Assembly: GCA_024408305.1 (NCBI GenBank)
Contig: JAKSVD010000001.1
Location: 1-32,584 of the forward strand
Origin: Bacilli bacterium
Lineage (GTDB): Bacteria; Bacillota_I; Bacilli_A; RFN20; CAG-826
Length of the DNA stretch: 32,584 bases
Direction of reading: 5' to 3'
Every line of letters starts with the position of its first letter. Position 1 is the stretch's first letter. A model generated the notes under the pieces. It worked only from the letters and a program-made list of their open reading frames with translations. It did no database searches and was not told the origin of the DNA. Below, piece after piece: positions 17,677 through 25,035 of the stretch. Both the position numbers and the translations under genes were made by a program.

Positions 17677-17685
17677 AGTATATCA
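17677..17685 (-). promoter_or_regulatory. Extended -10 element (TGATATACT) placed 6 nt from the lipase ATG; candidate leaderless promoter
   Basis: Minus strand reads TTTTGATATACT-TTGAAC-ATG, with no Shine-Dalgarno sequence. Confidence 0.4.
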
Positions 17686-17713
17686 AAAGAAAAATCCACC
17701 GGTAGACCGATGG
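17685..17713 (-). terminator. Minus-strand rho-independent terminator with no annotated gene upstream
   Basis: The minus-strand RNA reads CCAUCGG-UCUA-CCGGUGG (7-bp stem with one G-U pair) followed by AUUUUUCUUUU. The plus-strand version has no T-tract. Confidence 0.55.
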
Positions 17714-17736
17714 ATATCTTTCTACAGCAAGTAGAC

Positions 17737-17840
17737 TACTTCTTTAAGAAAGAGAGCTCCGTTAACGCCAAGAACGATGAGAACAAGTCCAAGTGAGATG
17801 AGTTCTCAAAGCCTAACCATGAAGCGCCTGTGCCTGCCAT
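17737..17840 (-). CDS. Possible 34-aa small ORF upstream of the orphan terminator (very uncertain)
   Basis: My translation from the ATG at 17838-17840 is MAGTGASWLGFENSSHLDLFSSFLALTELSFLKK*. There is no ribosome-binding site. The only support is its position just upstream of the terminator at 17685-17713. Confidence 0.15.
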
Positions 17841-17971
17841 TATATAAATATCTGTGGGTTTTTGTGGTATTTTTCGTGCGTATTCAGTTTAAATTGTAAA
17901 TATTTCAATTTCCTCTAACAGCAACACCCTATTTTCAAGTTATAATAATCCTCCGGAAGGAAACATACCTT

Positions 17972-19450
17972 ATGAAAAAACTCGCTTTCGACAATGCCCA
18001 CTATTTAAAGGTACAAAGAGAGAACATCAATAAGAGAATCGCTACTTTCGGAGATAAACTGTATCTTGAATTCGGCGGCAAATTATTCGATGACCTCCAT
18101 GCAGCTCGCGTCTTGCCTGGATTCCATTCAGACGCAAAACTTCAGATGCTTCTTGGTTTAAAGGATAAAACTGAGATCGTCATCACCGTCAACACAGGAG
18201 ACATCATTTCCAATAAGTTCAGAAACGACATTGGAATCTCATATCAGGACGAAGTCGTCCGCTTAATTGGTTTGTTAACAGGAGTCGGACTTTATGTTGG
18301 CTCAGTTGTTTTATCATTCTATCAGCCAAACCCAATTGTTGAAGTTTTCGAACAAAAACTCAACAAAAGCGGAGTCAAGACATACCACCACTACAAGATT
18401 AACGGATATCCGCACAACATCCCGCTCATCTTAAGCGATGATGGCCTTGGCAAAAACGACTACATCGAAACAACAAAGCCATTAGTCGTCATCACGGCTC
18501 CAGGCCCAGGATCCGGCAAAATGGCAACCTGCTTATCTCAGCTCTACCACGAAAACATCAGAGGCGTCAGAGCGGGATATGCTAAATACGAAACATTCCC
18601 TGTTTGGAATCTCCCTCTCATGCATCCAGTAAACCTTGCATATGAGGCCGCAACAGTTGATCTTGCAGATGTCAATATGATTGACCCATTCCATCTCGAA
18701 AAATACGGAAAGGTCGCAATCAACTACAACCGTGACGTCGAAGTATTCCCACTCCTTAGATCAATCTTTGAGAAGATTTGGGGTGATTGCCCATATTTCT
18801 CACCAACCGATATGGGTGTCAACATGGTCGGATTCGGAATCAAGCACGACGAAGGAACATGTGAAGCTTCTAAGCAGGAAATCGTAAGACGTTACTATCA
18901 GGCTCTCAAGAACAACTACTTAGGCAAATTCAGCGACGCTGCAGTTGAGAAAGCAAAGCTTGTCATGAATCAGGTCGGAGTCGATACATCATATAGAAAA
19001 TGTGTTGCTCCATGCTTAAAGAAATATGAGGAGACCAACCTTCCTGTCGTATCAATCCAGCTTCCAAACGGCAAGATCGTCACAGGCAAGAAATCTGAAT
19101 TATTGACCGCTCCTGCTGCTGCATTGATCAACGCCCTCAAGGCACTTGCCAAGATTGATGATTCATACGATTTAATCTCAAGCAACCTCATCACTCCAAT
19201 CAGAGACCTCAAGGTCAATGACTTACATCATAGAAACCCATCTCTCCACGTTGAAGAGGTTCTCATCATCCTTGCCCTCCAGGCATCATCAAACCAGCTC
19301 TGCGAACTCGCAATCGCACAAGTTGGCAAAATCAAAGGAGCTCAGGCTCACGCATCTAACATCATGGCAGATGTTGACCTCAGCACTTATAAGAAACTTG
19401 GAATTGACGTAACCGAAGAACCAATCAGCTACGCAAATCTAGCAAAATAA
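17972..19450 (+). CDS. DUF1846 / UPF0371 family protein (conserved, function unknown)
   Basis: 492 aa. The N-terminus FDNAHYLKVQRENINKRIATFGDKLYLEFGGKLFDDLHAARVLPGF matches my recollection of the UPF0371 family. A TATAAT at 17941-17946 and a GGAAGGA ribosome-binding site lie upstream. Confidence 0.8.
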   Translation: MKKLAFDNAHYLKVQRENINKRIATFGDKLYLEFGGKLFDDLHAARVLPGFHSDAKLQMLLGLKDKTEIVITVNTGDIISNKFRNDIGISYQDEVVRLIGLLTGVGLYVGSVVLSFYQPNPIVEVFEQKLNKSGVKTYHHYKINGYPHNIPLILSDDGLGKNDYIETTKPLVVITAPGPGSGKMATCLSQLYHENIRGVRAGYAKYETFPVWNLPLMHPVNLAYEAATVDLADVNMIDPFHLEKYGKVAINYNRDVEVFPLLRSIFEKIWGDCPYFSPTDMGVNMVGFGIKHDEGTCEASKQEIVRRYYQALKNNYLGKFSDAAVEKAKLVMNQVGVDTSYRKCVAPCLKKYEETNLPVVSIQLPNGKIVTGKKSELLTAPAAALINALKALAKIDDSYDLISSNLITPIRDLKVNDLHHRNPSLHVEEVLIILALQASSNQLCELAIAQVGKIKGAQAHASNIMADVDLSTYKKLGIDVTEEPISYANLAK

Positions 19451-19467
19451 GAAGGAAAACTAAAATG

Positions 19468-19500
19468 CCCCTTGTCCTGATAAATAGGAAAGGGGTTTTT
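19468..19500 (+). terminator. Rho-independent terminator of the DUF1846 gene
   Basis: Stem CCCCTT-g-TCCT (19468-19478) / AGGA-AAGGGG (19486-19495) with loop GATAAAT, followed by TTTTT (19496-19500). Confidence 0.75.
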
Positions 19501-19533
19501 AGATGTTTTATAACTCAATGAGTCATTAGATTC

Positions 19534-19568
19534 TGTAACCTACATTTTGATAACTCATAGTAGGTTAT
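19534..19568. repeat. Direct repeat copy 1 (35 bp) at the 3' end of the HipA-like gene; contains an inverted repeat TAACCTAC-N16-GTAGGTTA
   Basis: TGTAACCTACATTTTGATAACTCATAGTAGGTTAT is 33/35 identical to 20869..20903 in the same orientation. The last codons and the TGA stop of the HipA-like ORF lie inside it. Confidence 0.9.
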
Positions 19569-20850
19569 GGAAATTCTTTAATACTCGGAAACCGCTCATA
19601 ACATATTCTATGACATCATTCACATTTTCTATTCCGCCGTTTGCCACTGTTATCATTTCCTGATTAACCACAGGCAGTTCTAAAGACTTATATAATATAG
19701 CGGCATGCCTATTCTTCTTTATGAAAGAATGGAATGCATTTATCATTCCTCTTTTGTTGGACATGTCTTTTGGTCTGCCAGAAACAAACATTGCCATGTT
19801 GTTGTCGTAATTAGGAGCTAAAGAGATAATCCTTCCTGTTGTTTGATCTCGAAGAAAAGCTAGATTTTCATTATGTCTATCGACATTATTAACAAGGCAA
19901 TCAAACCACATAAATATCAAATACTGTTTCGCTATTTCTTCACCCAAAGAAAGAACAACGGGGAATACATTTTCGTATGAATCGTCATCTCCTGCTAAAG
20001 ACGAAATAGGCTCAAGGTTATATCCTTTTGCGATATTTTTGGTCTTTATATAACCATCTTCTATTTCGTACTCAGCAGTAGGAATTGATAGAAGTTTTGC
20101 CAATCTCGATGAGAATAACTCCGCAAAAAGTTCATCTTTATTCCCTTTCTTATACATCCACCACTCACCATCAATCATTTTCCAACACTTCTCATAACTG
20201 CCTGTATTGGTGAGTTCTGGCGTAATTACGGGCTTTGAAGGAATATTCAAAAGATTACCGTCGAGCGCAACCGCGGAATACAAGTTATCCTTGAAAATTA
20301 TTTCATCATAATGCTTGTTTGATTTTAGAGGTCTGAACCAATAGGCATCCGTAATCGTTAATGCATATGCACTTATGACCGAGCGAATCTCATTATTATC
20401 TTTTAATCTCAACGCTTTCCTGAGCAATCTTGAATGTGTTCTATGAGAATCGATTGATCTAGACTCAAGCCATGATGCCAAGTCTCTTGTCCTTTTTATG
20501 TATAGCGGAACAAGATGTTCGTCTATATAAGTGGCAACGCCCTCATCAAAAGAAGCGATAACTTTATCGAACAACATTAAATCGCCAGTTAAAGATAGAG
20601 CGTGTTCTCCAAGCTTTGCTAACTTCACTCCGTTACTTAAGCGTCTACTTATCTCCTCTTCTATTGTTTTTCTTTCTATCAATTGAGCCTCGACAGTAGC
20701 AATATCTTTCGACTTGATGTATTTGCTGACTATCTTGCTTCCTTCTCTATATTGCAGATAAAAACGCACCTTCCCGTTGATTATCTTCTTCGAGATATAT
20801 CCCTTTGGTAAGGTTTCTAACTTAGTTTTCATTTCCTCAATACTTGACAT
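19555..20850 (-). CDS. HipA-like Ser/Thr kinase family protein (type II toxin-like), with no adjacent HipB-type partner
   Basis: 431 aa. The C-terminal kinase-core motifs are CLVNNVDRHNENLAFL ... GRIISLAPNYDNNMAMF (HipA_C-type catalytic D-x-H-x-x-N and the LAP-x-YD loop). A nucleotide-binding-region-like stretch reads GSYEKCWKMIDGEWWMYKKG. I do not recognise the N-terminal ~170 aa. Confidence 0.75.
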   Translation of the reverse strand: MSSIEEMKTKLETLPKGYISKKIINGKVRFYLQYREGSKIVSKYIKSKDIATVEAQLIERKTIEEEISRRLSNGVKLAKLGEHALSLTGDLMLFDKVIASFDEGVATYIDEHLVPLYIKRTRDLASWLESRSIDSHRTHSRLLRKALRLKDNNEIRSVISAYALTITDAYWFRPLKSNKHYDEIIFKDNLYSAVALDGNLLNIPSKPVITPELTNTGSYEKCWKMIDGEWWMYKKGNKDELFAELFSSRLAKLLSIPTAEYEIEDGYIKTKNIAKGYNLEPISSLAGDDDSYENVFPVVLSLGEEIAKQYLIFMWFDCLVNNVDRHNENLAFLRDQTTGRIISLAPNYDNNMAMFVSGRPKDMSNKRGMINAFHSFIKKNRHAAILYKSLELPVVNQEMITVANGGIENVNDVIEYVMSGFRVLKNFHNLL

Positions 20851-20856
20851 ATTGCG

Positions 20857-20885
20857 ATGATATCAAATTGTAACCTACATTTCAA
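20857..20885 (-). promoter_or_regulatory. Putative promoter of the HipA-like gene: -35 TTGAAA inside repeat copy 2, extended -10 TGATATCAT, 6 nt to the ATG (leaderless geometry)
   Basis: Minus strand reads TTGAAA (20885..20880), a 17-nt spacer, TATCAT (20862..20857) preceded by TGA, then CGCAAT-ATG. There is no Shine-Dalgarno sequence. Confidence 0.45.
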
Positions 20886-20903
20886 TAACTCATAGTAGGT
20901 TAT
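20869..20903. repeat. Direct repeat copy 2 (35 bp) at the 5' end of the HipA-like gene
   Basis: TGTAACCTACATTTCAATAACTCATAGTAGGTTAT differs from copy 1 only at repeat positions 15-16 (CA versus TG). It has the same internal inverted repeat and abuts the U-tract of the pyr operon terminator. Confidence 0.9.
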
Positions 20904-20934
20904 AAAGAAAACCACCAACCGCTTGGCTGGTGGT
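20904..20934 (-). terminator. Rho-independent terminator of the pyr operon
   Basis: The minus-strand RNA reads ACCACCAGCC-AAGC-GGUUGGUGGU (10-bp stem with one G-U pair) followed by UUUCUUUAU. It lies 13 nt after the pyrB stop. Confidence 0.8.
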
Positions 20935-20946
20935 TTATAGCGTTAC

Positions 20947-22035
20947 TTAAGCGAGTTTGTCGCAGTAAATACACCTGCAGACATTATTCTCTTCGTCTAC
21001 GACTTTGAAGACCTGGTCGAGTTCTTGCTCATTCTGAGAAATGCACTTTGTGTTGGTGCATCTATATCTATTGATGAGCAACTTCTCTCCAGCGAATCTA
21101 TCAACAATTACTGGATCCTTAGCCTTTTCTTCTAAAAGTTTAAGGATGAGGGCCATTCTCATGTGTTTTCCATTTAAGCACTGCTCGAAGTAAACCGCTC
21201 TTGGATCAGCATCGACTTTAACAGAGATCTCATTGACTCTTGGGAGTGGATGCAAGACATACATATCACTCTTAGCCTTAGCCATCTTCTCAACATCTAA
21301 GACATATGAGTTTTTGAGTCTTTCATATTCTTCAGGATCATCGAATCTTTCTCTCTGGATTCTTGTCATGTAAAGGATATCCAAGCATCCGATATTATCT
21401 TCAAGGCTTGTGACCTCAACATATTCCATATTGTTCTTCTCAAGAACTTCTTCCTTGATGTAATCAGGGAGGACTAATTCTTTTGGAGAGATAAGAACGA
21501 TATTGACGTTGTTATAACGGGATAATGCGCCGATTAATGAATGGACGGTTCTTCCATACTTTAAATCTCCGCAGAAACCGACTGTAAGGTTGTCAAAGCC
21601 GCCTTTATGCTTATAGATTGTAAGTAAATCAGCAAGAGTCTGAGTTGGATGGCAGTGACCTCCATCTCCGCCGTTGATGACAGGGACGCTAGCGTTGATT
21701 GATGCAACGTATGATGAACCTTCAACCGGTGATCTCATTGCAATGATATCAGCATAGCAAGAGATGACTTTTGCAGTGTCTGCATAGCTTTCGCCCTTTG
21801 CAGCGCTTGATGAGCTAGCTGAAGAGAATCCGATAACCGAACCTCCAAGCTCCCACATAGCAGCTTCGAAGCTCAATCTGGTTCTTGTTGATGGTTCAAA
21901 GAATAGAGTGGCTAGCTTCTTTCCTTTGCAAGCTTCAGAGTATTTTGCAGGGTTGTTGCCAATATCGATGGCAACATCCATCATTTCCTTTAATTCGTCA
22001 ACGCTGAAGTCGACGATATCAATAAGGCTTCTCAT
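20947..22035 (-). CDS. pyrB: Aspartate carbamoyltransferase catalytic chain fused to a C-terminal PyrI-type zinc-binding domain
   Basis: ATCase motifs: [27 protein letters not shown]. The extra C-terminal ~60 aa contain [33 protein letters not shown], a four-Cys pattern resembling the PyrI C-terminal domain. Confidence 0.9.
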   Translation of the reverse strand: MRSLIDIVDFSVDELKEMMDVAIDIGNNPAKYSEACKGKKLATLFFEPSTRTRLSFEAAMWELGGSVIGFSSASSSSAAKGESYADTAKVISCYADIIAMRSPVEGSSYVASINASVPVINGGDGGHCHPTQTLADLLTIYKHKGGFDNLTVGFCGDLKYGRTVHSLIGALSRYNNVNIVLISPKELVLPDYIKEEVLEKNNMEYVEVTSLEDNIGCLDILYMTRIQRERFDDPEEYERLKNSYVLDVEKMAKAKSDMYVLHPLPRVNEISVKVDADPRAVYFEQCLNGKHMRMALILKLLEEKAKDPVIVDRFAGEKLLINRYRCTNTKCISQNEQELDQVFKVVDEENNVCRCIYCDKLA

Positions 22036-22037
22036 GG

Positions 22038-22679
22038 TTACTTACCGATCCAGCTTTCGTCTGATGGGTTGTTTCTGAAAGCGATCAATCTCTTGATGTC
22101 GCTCTCTTTGATGTAGCCCTCTTCTGCTGCGACTTCTGCAATCTTATCGAAGTTGGTGAGTGAGTGATTCTCAACGTTTGCTGCTGCGAGTCTTTCGATT
22201 CCCTTCTTCATTCCGTATGTGAAGATTGAGACGACTCCAAGAACATCAGCACCTGCTTCTCTTAAGACGTCAACGACTTCAAGGACTGAGCCGCCTGTTG
22301 AGATTAAATCTTCGATGACGACGACCTTCTGGCCCTTCTCGAGTCTTCCTTCGATCTGATTCTGTCTTCCGTGATCCTTAGCACCGCTTCTAACGTATCC
22401 CATTGGGAGGTTCATAAGGTGGCCAACGATTGCTGCGTGAGCAATGCCTGCAGTTGATGTTCCCATAAGAACTTCAACTTCTGGATAGTATTTCTTAACT
22501 GTCTCAGCAAGAGATGTTTCAACGTCTGTTCTCACTGCTGGAGCGGTTAATGTTAAGCGGTTGTCACAGTAGACTGGTGACTTGATGCCCGAAGCCCATG
22601 TGAATGGTTCTTCTGGACGGAAGAAGACTGCCTTGATTGAGAGCAAGTCTTTTGCGATTAATGTTTCGATATCTGCCAT
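22038..22679 (-). CDS. pyrE: Orotate phosphoribosyltransferase
   Basis: 213 aa with the PRPP-binding loop [14 protein letters not shown] and an N-terminal [16 protein letters not shown] motif. Confidence 0.93.
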   Translation of the reverse strand: MADIETLIAKDLLSIKAVFFRPEEPFTWASGIKSPVYCDNRLTLTAPAVRTDVETSLAETVKKYYPEVEVLMGTSTAGIAHAAIVGHLMNLPMGYVRSGAKDHGRQNQIEGRLEKGQKVVVIEDLISTGGSVLEVVDVLREAGADVLGVVSIFTYGMKKGIERLAAANVENHSLTNFDKIAEVAAEEGYIKESDIKRLIAFRNNPSDESWIGK

Positions 22680-22683
22680 TGTT

Positions 22684-23385
22684 TTATTCTCCTAAGAATT
22701 CCTTAACGCATCTATTGTATGCAGCAACTGGGTCCTCAGCTGCTGTGATTGGACGGCCAACAACGATATAGTCTGAACCGATTTTTCTAGCCTCTGCTGG
22801 AGTCATGACTCTCTTCTGGTCACCCTTGTCACCATCTGCAAATCTGACGCCTGGAGTGACTGTAACAAAGTTAGAACCGCATGAATTGTGGACTTTTTCT
22901 GCTTCAAGTGGTGAGCAGACAACTCCGTCTAATCCAGCTTCTTTAGCGCATTTTGCATAGTGCATGACAACCTGGTCAATTGGTTCTTTGATGAGGAGGT
23001 CATTCTCCATGCTTTCCTGATCTGTTGATGTAAGCTGGGTAACAGCGATGAGGATTGGGCGTGTGCCATCTTCTCTTGTGAGGCCCTCGATTGCAGCCTT
23101 CATCATGTTGATTGTTCCTGCAGCGTGTAAGTTTGTCATATCAACATCTAAATGTGATAAGACTGACATTGCCTTCTTGACTGTGTTAGGGATGTCATGA
23201 AGCTTGAGGTCCAAGAAGATTTTGTGACCGCGAGCCTTGATTTCTCTAACGATGTCTGGTCCTGCTGCATAAAAGAGTTCCATTCCGATCTTAACGAATG
23301 GTTTTCTGCCCTCGAACTTGTCGAGGAATTCGATTGTCTTCTCTTTTGATGAGAAGTCGCAAGCGATGATTACGTCTTTTGCCAT
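22684..23385 (-). CDS. pyrF: Orotidine 5'-phosphate decarboxylase
   Basis: 233 aa with motifs [27 protein letters not shown] and VVGRPIT. Confidence 0.93.
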   Translation of the reverse strand: MAKDVIIACDFSSKEKTIEFLDKFEGRKPFVKIGMELFYAAGPDIVREIKARGHKIFLDLKLHDIPNTVKKAMSVLSHLDVDMTNLHAAGTINMMKAAIEGLTREDGTRPILIAVTQLTSTDQESMENDLLIKEPIDQVVMHYAKCAKEAGLDGVVCSPLEAEKVHNSCGSNFVTVTPGVRFADGDKGDQKRVMTPAEARKIGSDYIVVGRPITAAEDPVAAYNRCVKEFLGE

Positions 23386-24302
23386 TATAATGCTCCTCCG
23401 ATTATATCTTTTAATGATGTAATGCCATATTTTTCCATTACCTTAGGTAAATCATCAATGATTTCCTTGCAAGCGTATGGGTTCACGAGATTAGCAGCGC
23501 CAACCTCGACTGCGGTTGCTCCTGCCATCATCATCTCGATGACGTCTTCTGCTGTTGAGACGCCGCCCATGCCGATGACTGGGATTTTTACTGCGTGCGC
23601 AACCTGGTACACGCATCTAACTGCAACCGGGAAGATTGCAGGTCCGGATAAACCTCCGGTTGTATTCTTCAAAAGAGGTTTTCTCTTTCTTAAATCAATT
23701 CTCATACCTAATAAGGTATTAATCAAGGCGATTCCGTCTGCTCCATTGTCTTCGCACGCTTTTGCGATTTCAACGATATTGGTGACGTTTGGAGAAAGTT
23801 TGACGATTAATGGCTTGGTGACCACTTTTCTCACTTCTCTAACGACCTCGCCTAAGAGGACTGGATCAGTGCCGAAGCTCATACCGCCTCCATGTACGTT
23901 TGGACATGAGACGTTTAATTCAATCCAACCAACCTGCTCTTCCTTATCGAGTTTCTCGCATGTGTAGACATAATCAGGGATCGAGAATCCTGAGACGTTT
24001 GCCATGACTTTCTTGTGGAAGACCTTCTTTAATTTTGGAAGTTCCTCTGAGATTACTTTTTCAACTCCTGGGTTCTGAAGTCCAACCGCATTAAGCATGC
24101 CTGATGCTGTTTCGGCGATTCTAGGCGTTGGATTGCCGAATCTTGGATCTTTAGTCGTTCCCTTGAACGAGAAGGTTCCAAGGACGTTAATATCGTATAA
24201 TTCCGCAAATTCGTAGCCAAATCCATATGTACCGGAGGCTGGGATGATTGGATTATCGAGTTCGATGCCAAGCAAATTGACTTTGGTGTTTACTTCTCCC
24301 AT
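23385..24302 (-). CDS. pyrD: Dihydroorotate dehydrogenase, class 1B catalytic subunit
   Basis: 305 aa with motifs [29 protein letters not shown] and IGMGGV. It pairs with pyrK upstream. GGAGG ribosome-binding site. Confidence 0.93.
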   Translation of the reverse strand: MGEVNTKVNLLGIELDNPIIPASGTYGFGYEFAELYDINVLGTFSFKGTTKDPRFGNPTPRIAETASGMLNAVGLQNPGVEKVISEELPKLKKVFHKKVMANVSGFSIPDYVYTCEKLDKEEQVGWIELNVSCPNVHGGGMSFGTDPVLLGEVVREVRKVVTKPLIVKLSPNVTNIVEIAKACEDNGADGIALINTLLGMRIDLRKRKPLLKNTTGGLSGPAIFPVAVRCVYQVAHAVKIPVIGMGGVSTAEDVIEMMMAGATAVEVGAANLVNPYACKEIIDDLPKVMEKYGITSLKDIIGGAL

Positions 24303-25027
24303 ATGATTTCCTCCTTCTTTAAGACTGGTCCATCTTTGCAGATTCTCTTATTTCCGTATAGGGTCTTGCAGCTGCATCCCATGCAAGCTCCGAATCCGCA
24401 GCCCATTCTCTCTTCAAATGAGAATTCACCGCTGGTCTTGGATGCGTTATAGACCGCTCTAAGCATTGGCTCTGGTCCGCAGGTGTAGAAGTAATCGTAT
24501 TCTTCTCCATCCATTGCGTTTGTTACGAATCCCTTGATTCCGTATGAGCCATCCACAGTTGTGACCTTAACCTTGCAGCCAAGAGCCATGAATTCCTTTT
24601 CATAGAAGATTTCGCTCTTGGTGTTGAAGCCGAGGATGACCACTACTTCCTTATCGTCTGCTCTAAGTTTCTTGGCGAGGTTATATAGAGGTGGAACTCC
24701 GACTCCTCCGCCAATTAACATCACATATGTGCCTGATGCGTCGGTGTTGTAGCCATTTCCGAGTCCTGTAAGGGTATCAAGGTTTGTGCCTTCTACCATC
24801 TTTGACATTACCTCAGTGCCCTTTCCAACGACCTTATAGATAAGAGTTAATGTCTTGTCGTCATAGTCGCAGACTGAGATTGGACGTCTTAGGTAATATC
24901 CATCTATTGCAATATTCACGAACTGACCGCAGTTGGTGATTCCGCTGGTATCGCCCGCAAGAATCATCTTATAGACGTTTGGGGCGATAGCTTTGTTTGA
25001 TTTAACTGTAAATACTACTCTTTTCAT
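24290..25027 (-). CDS. pyrK: Dihydroorotate dehydrogenase electron-transfer subunit (FAD / 2Fe-2S)
   Basis: 245 aa with an RRPISV FAD-binding motif, an NAD-binding-like GGGVGVPPL, and the C-terminal cluster CGFGACMGCSC....C. Confidence 0.9.
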   Translation of the reverse strand: MKRVVFTVKSNKAIAPNVYKMILAGDTSGITNCGQFVNIAIDGYYLRRPISVCDYDDKTLTLIYKVVGKGTEVMSKMVEGTNLDTLTGLGNGYNTDASGTYVMLIGGGVGVPPLYNLAKKLRADDKEVVVILGFNTKSEIFYEKEFMALGCKVKVTTVDGSYGIKGFVTNAMDGEEYDYFYTCGPEPMLRAVYNASKTSGEFSFEERMGCGFGACMGCSCKTLYGNKRICKDGPVLKKEEIIWEK

Positions 25028-25035
25028 ATTTACCT

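Noticed and set aside
17542-17796. An 84-aa plus-strand ORF overlapping the lipase N-terminus and running into the gap.
   Set aside because: It is antisense to the well-supported lipase start. It has no ribosome-binding site and no recognisable features.
17725-17806. A TM-helix-like peptide frame on the minus strand, (ELI)SLGLVLIVLGVNGALFLKEVVYLL*.
   Set aside because: The sequence looks like an attractive hydrophobic helix, but the frame has a TGA just upstream and no ATG, GTG or TTG start after it. I can only mention it as a possible gene remnant or frameshifted peptide, not call it.
19534-20903. The 35-nt repeats as a CRISPR array or a type III (ToxI-like) RNA antitoxin array.
   Set aside because: There are only two copies, 1.3 kb apart, flanking a protein gene rather than arranged in tandem. 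There are no cas genes and no tandem 36-nt array upstream of the toxin.
19534-20903. The repeats as integron attC sites, making this an integron cassette.
   Set aside because: The imperfect-palindrome architecture is reminiscent of attC. However, I see no GTTRRRY-type core at the ends, no further cassettes, and no integrase or attI in the window. I keep it only as a loose analogy.
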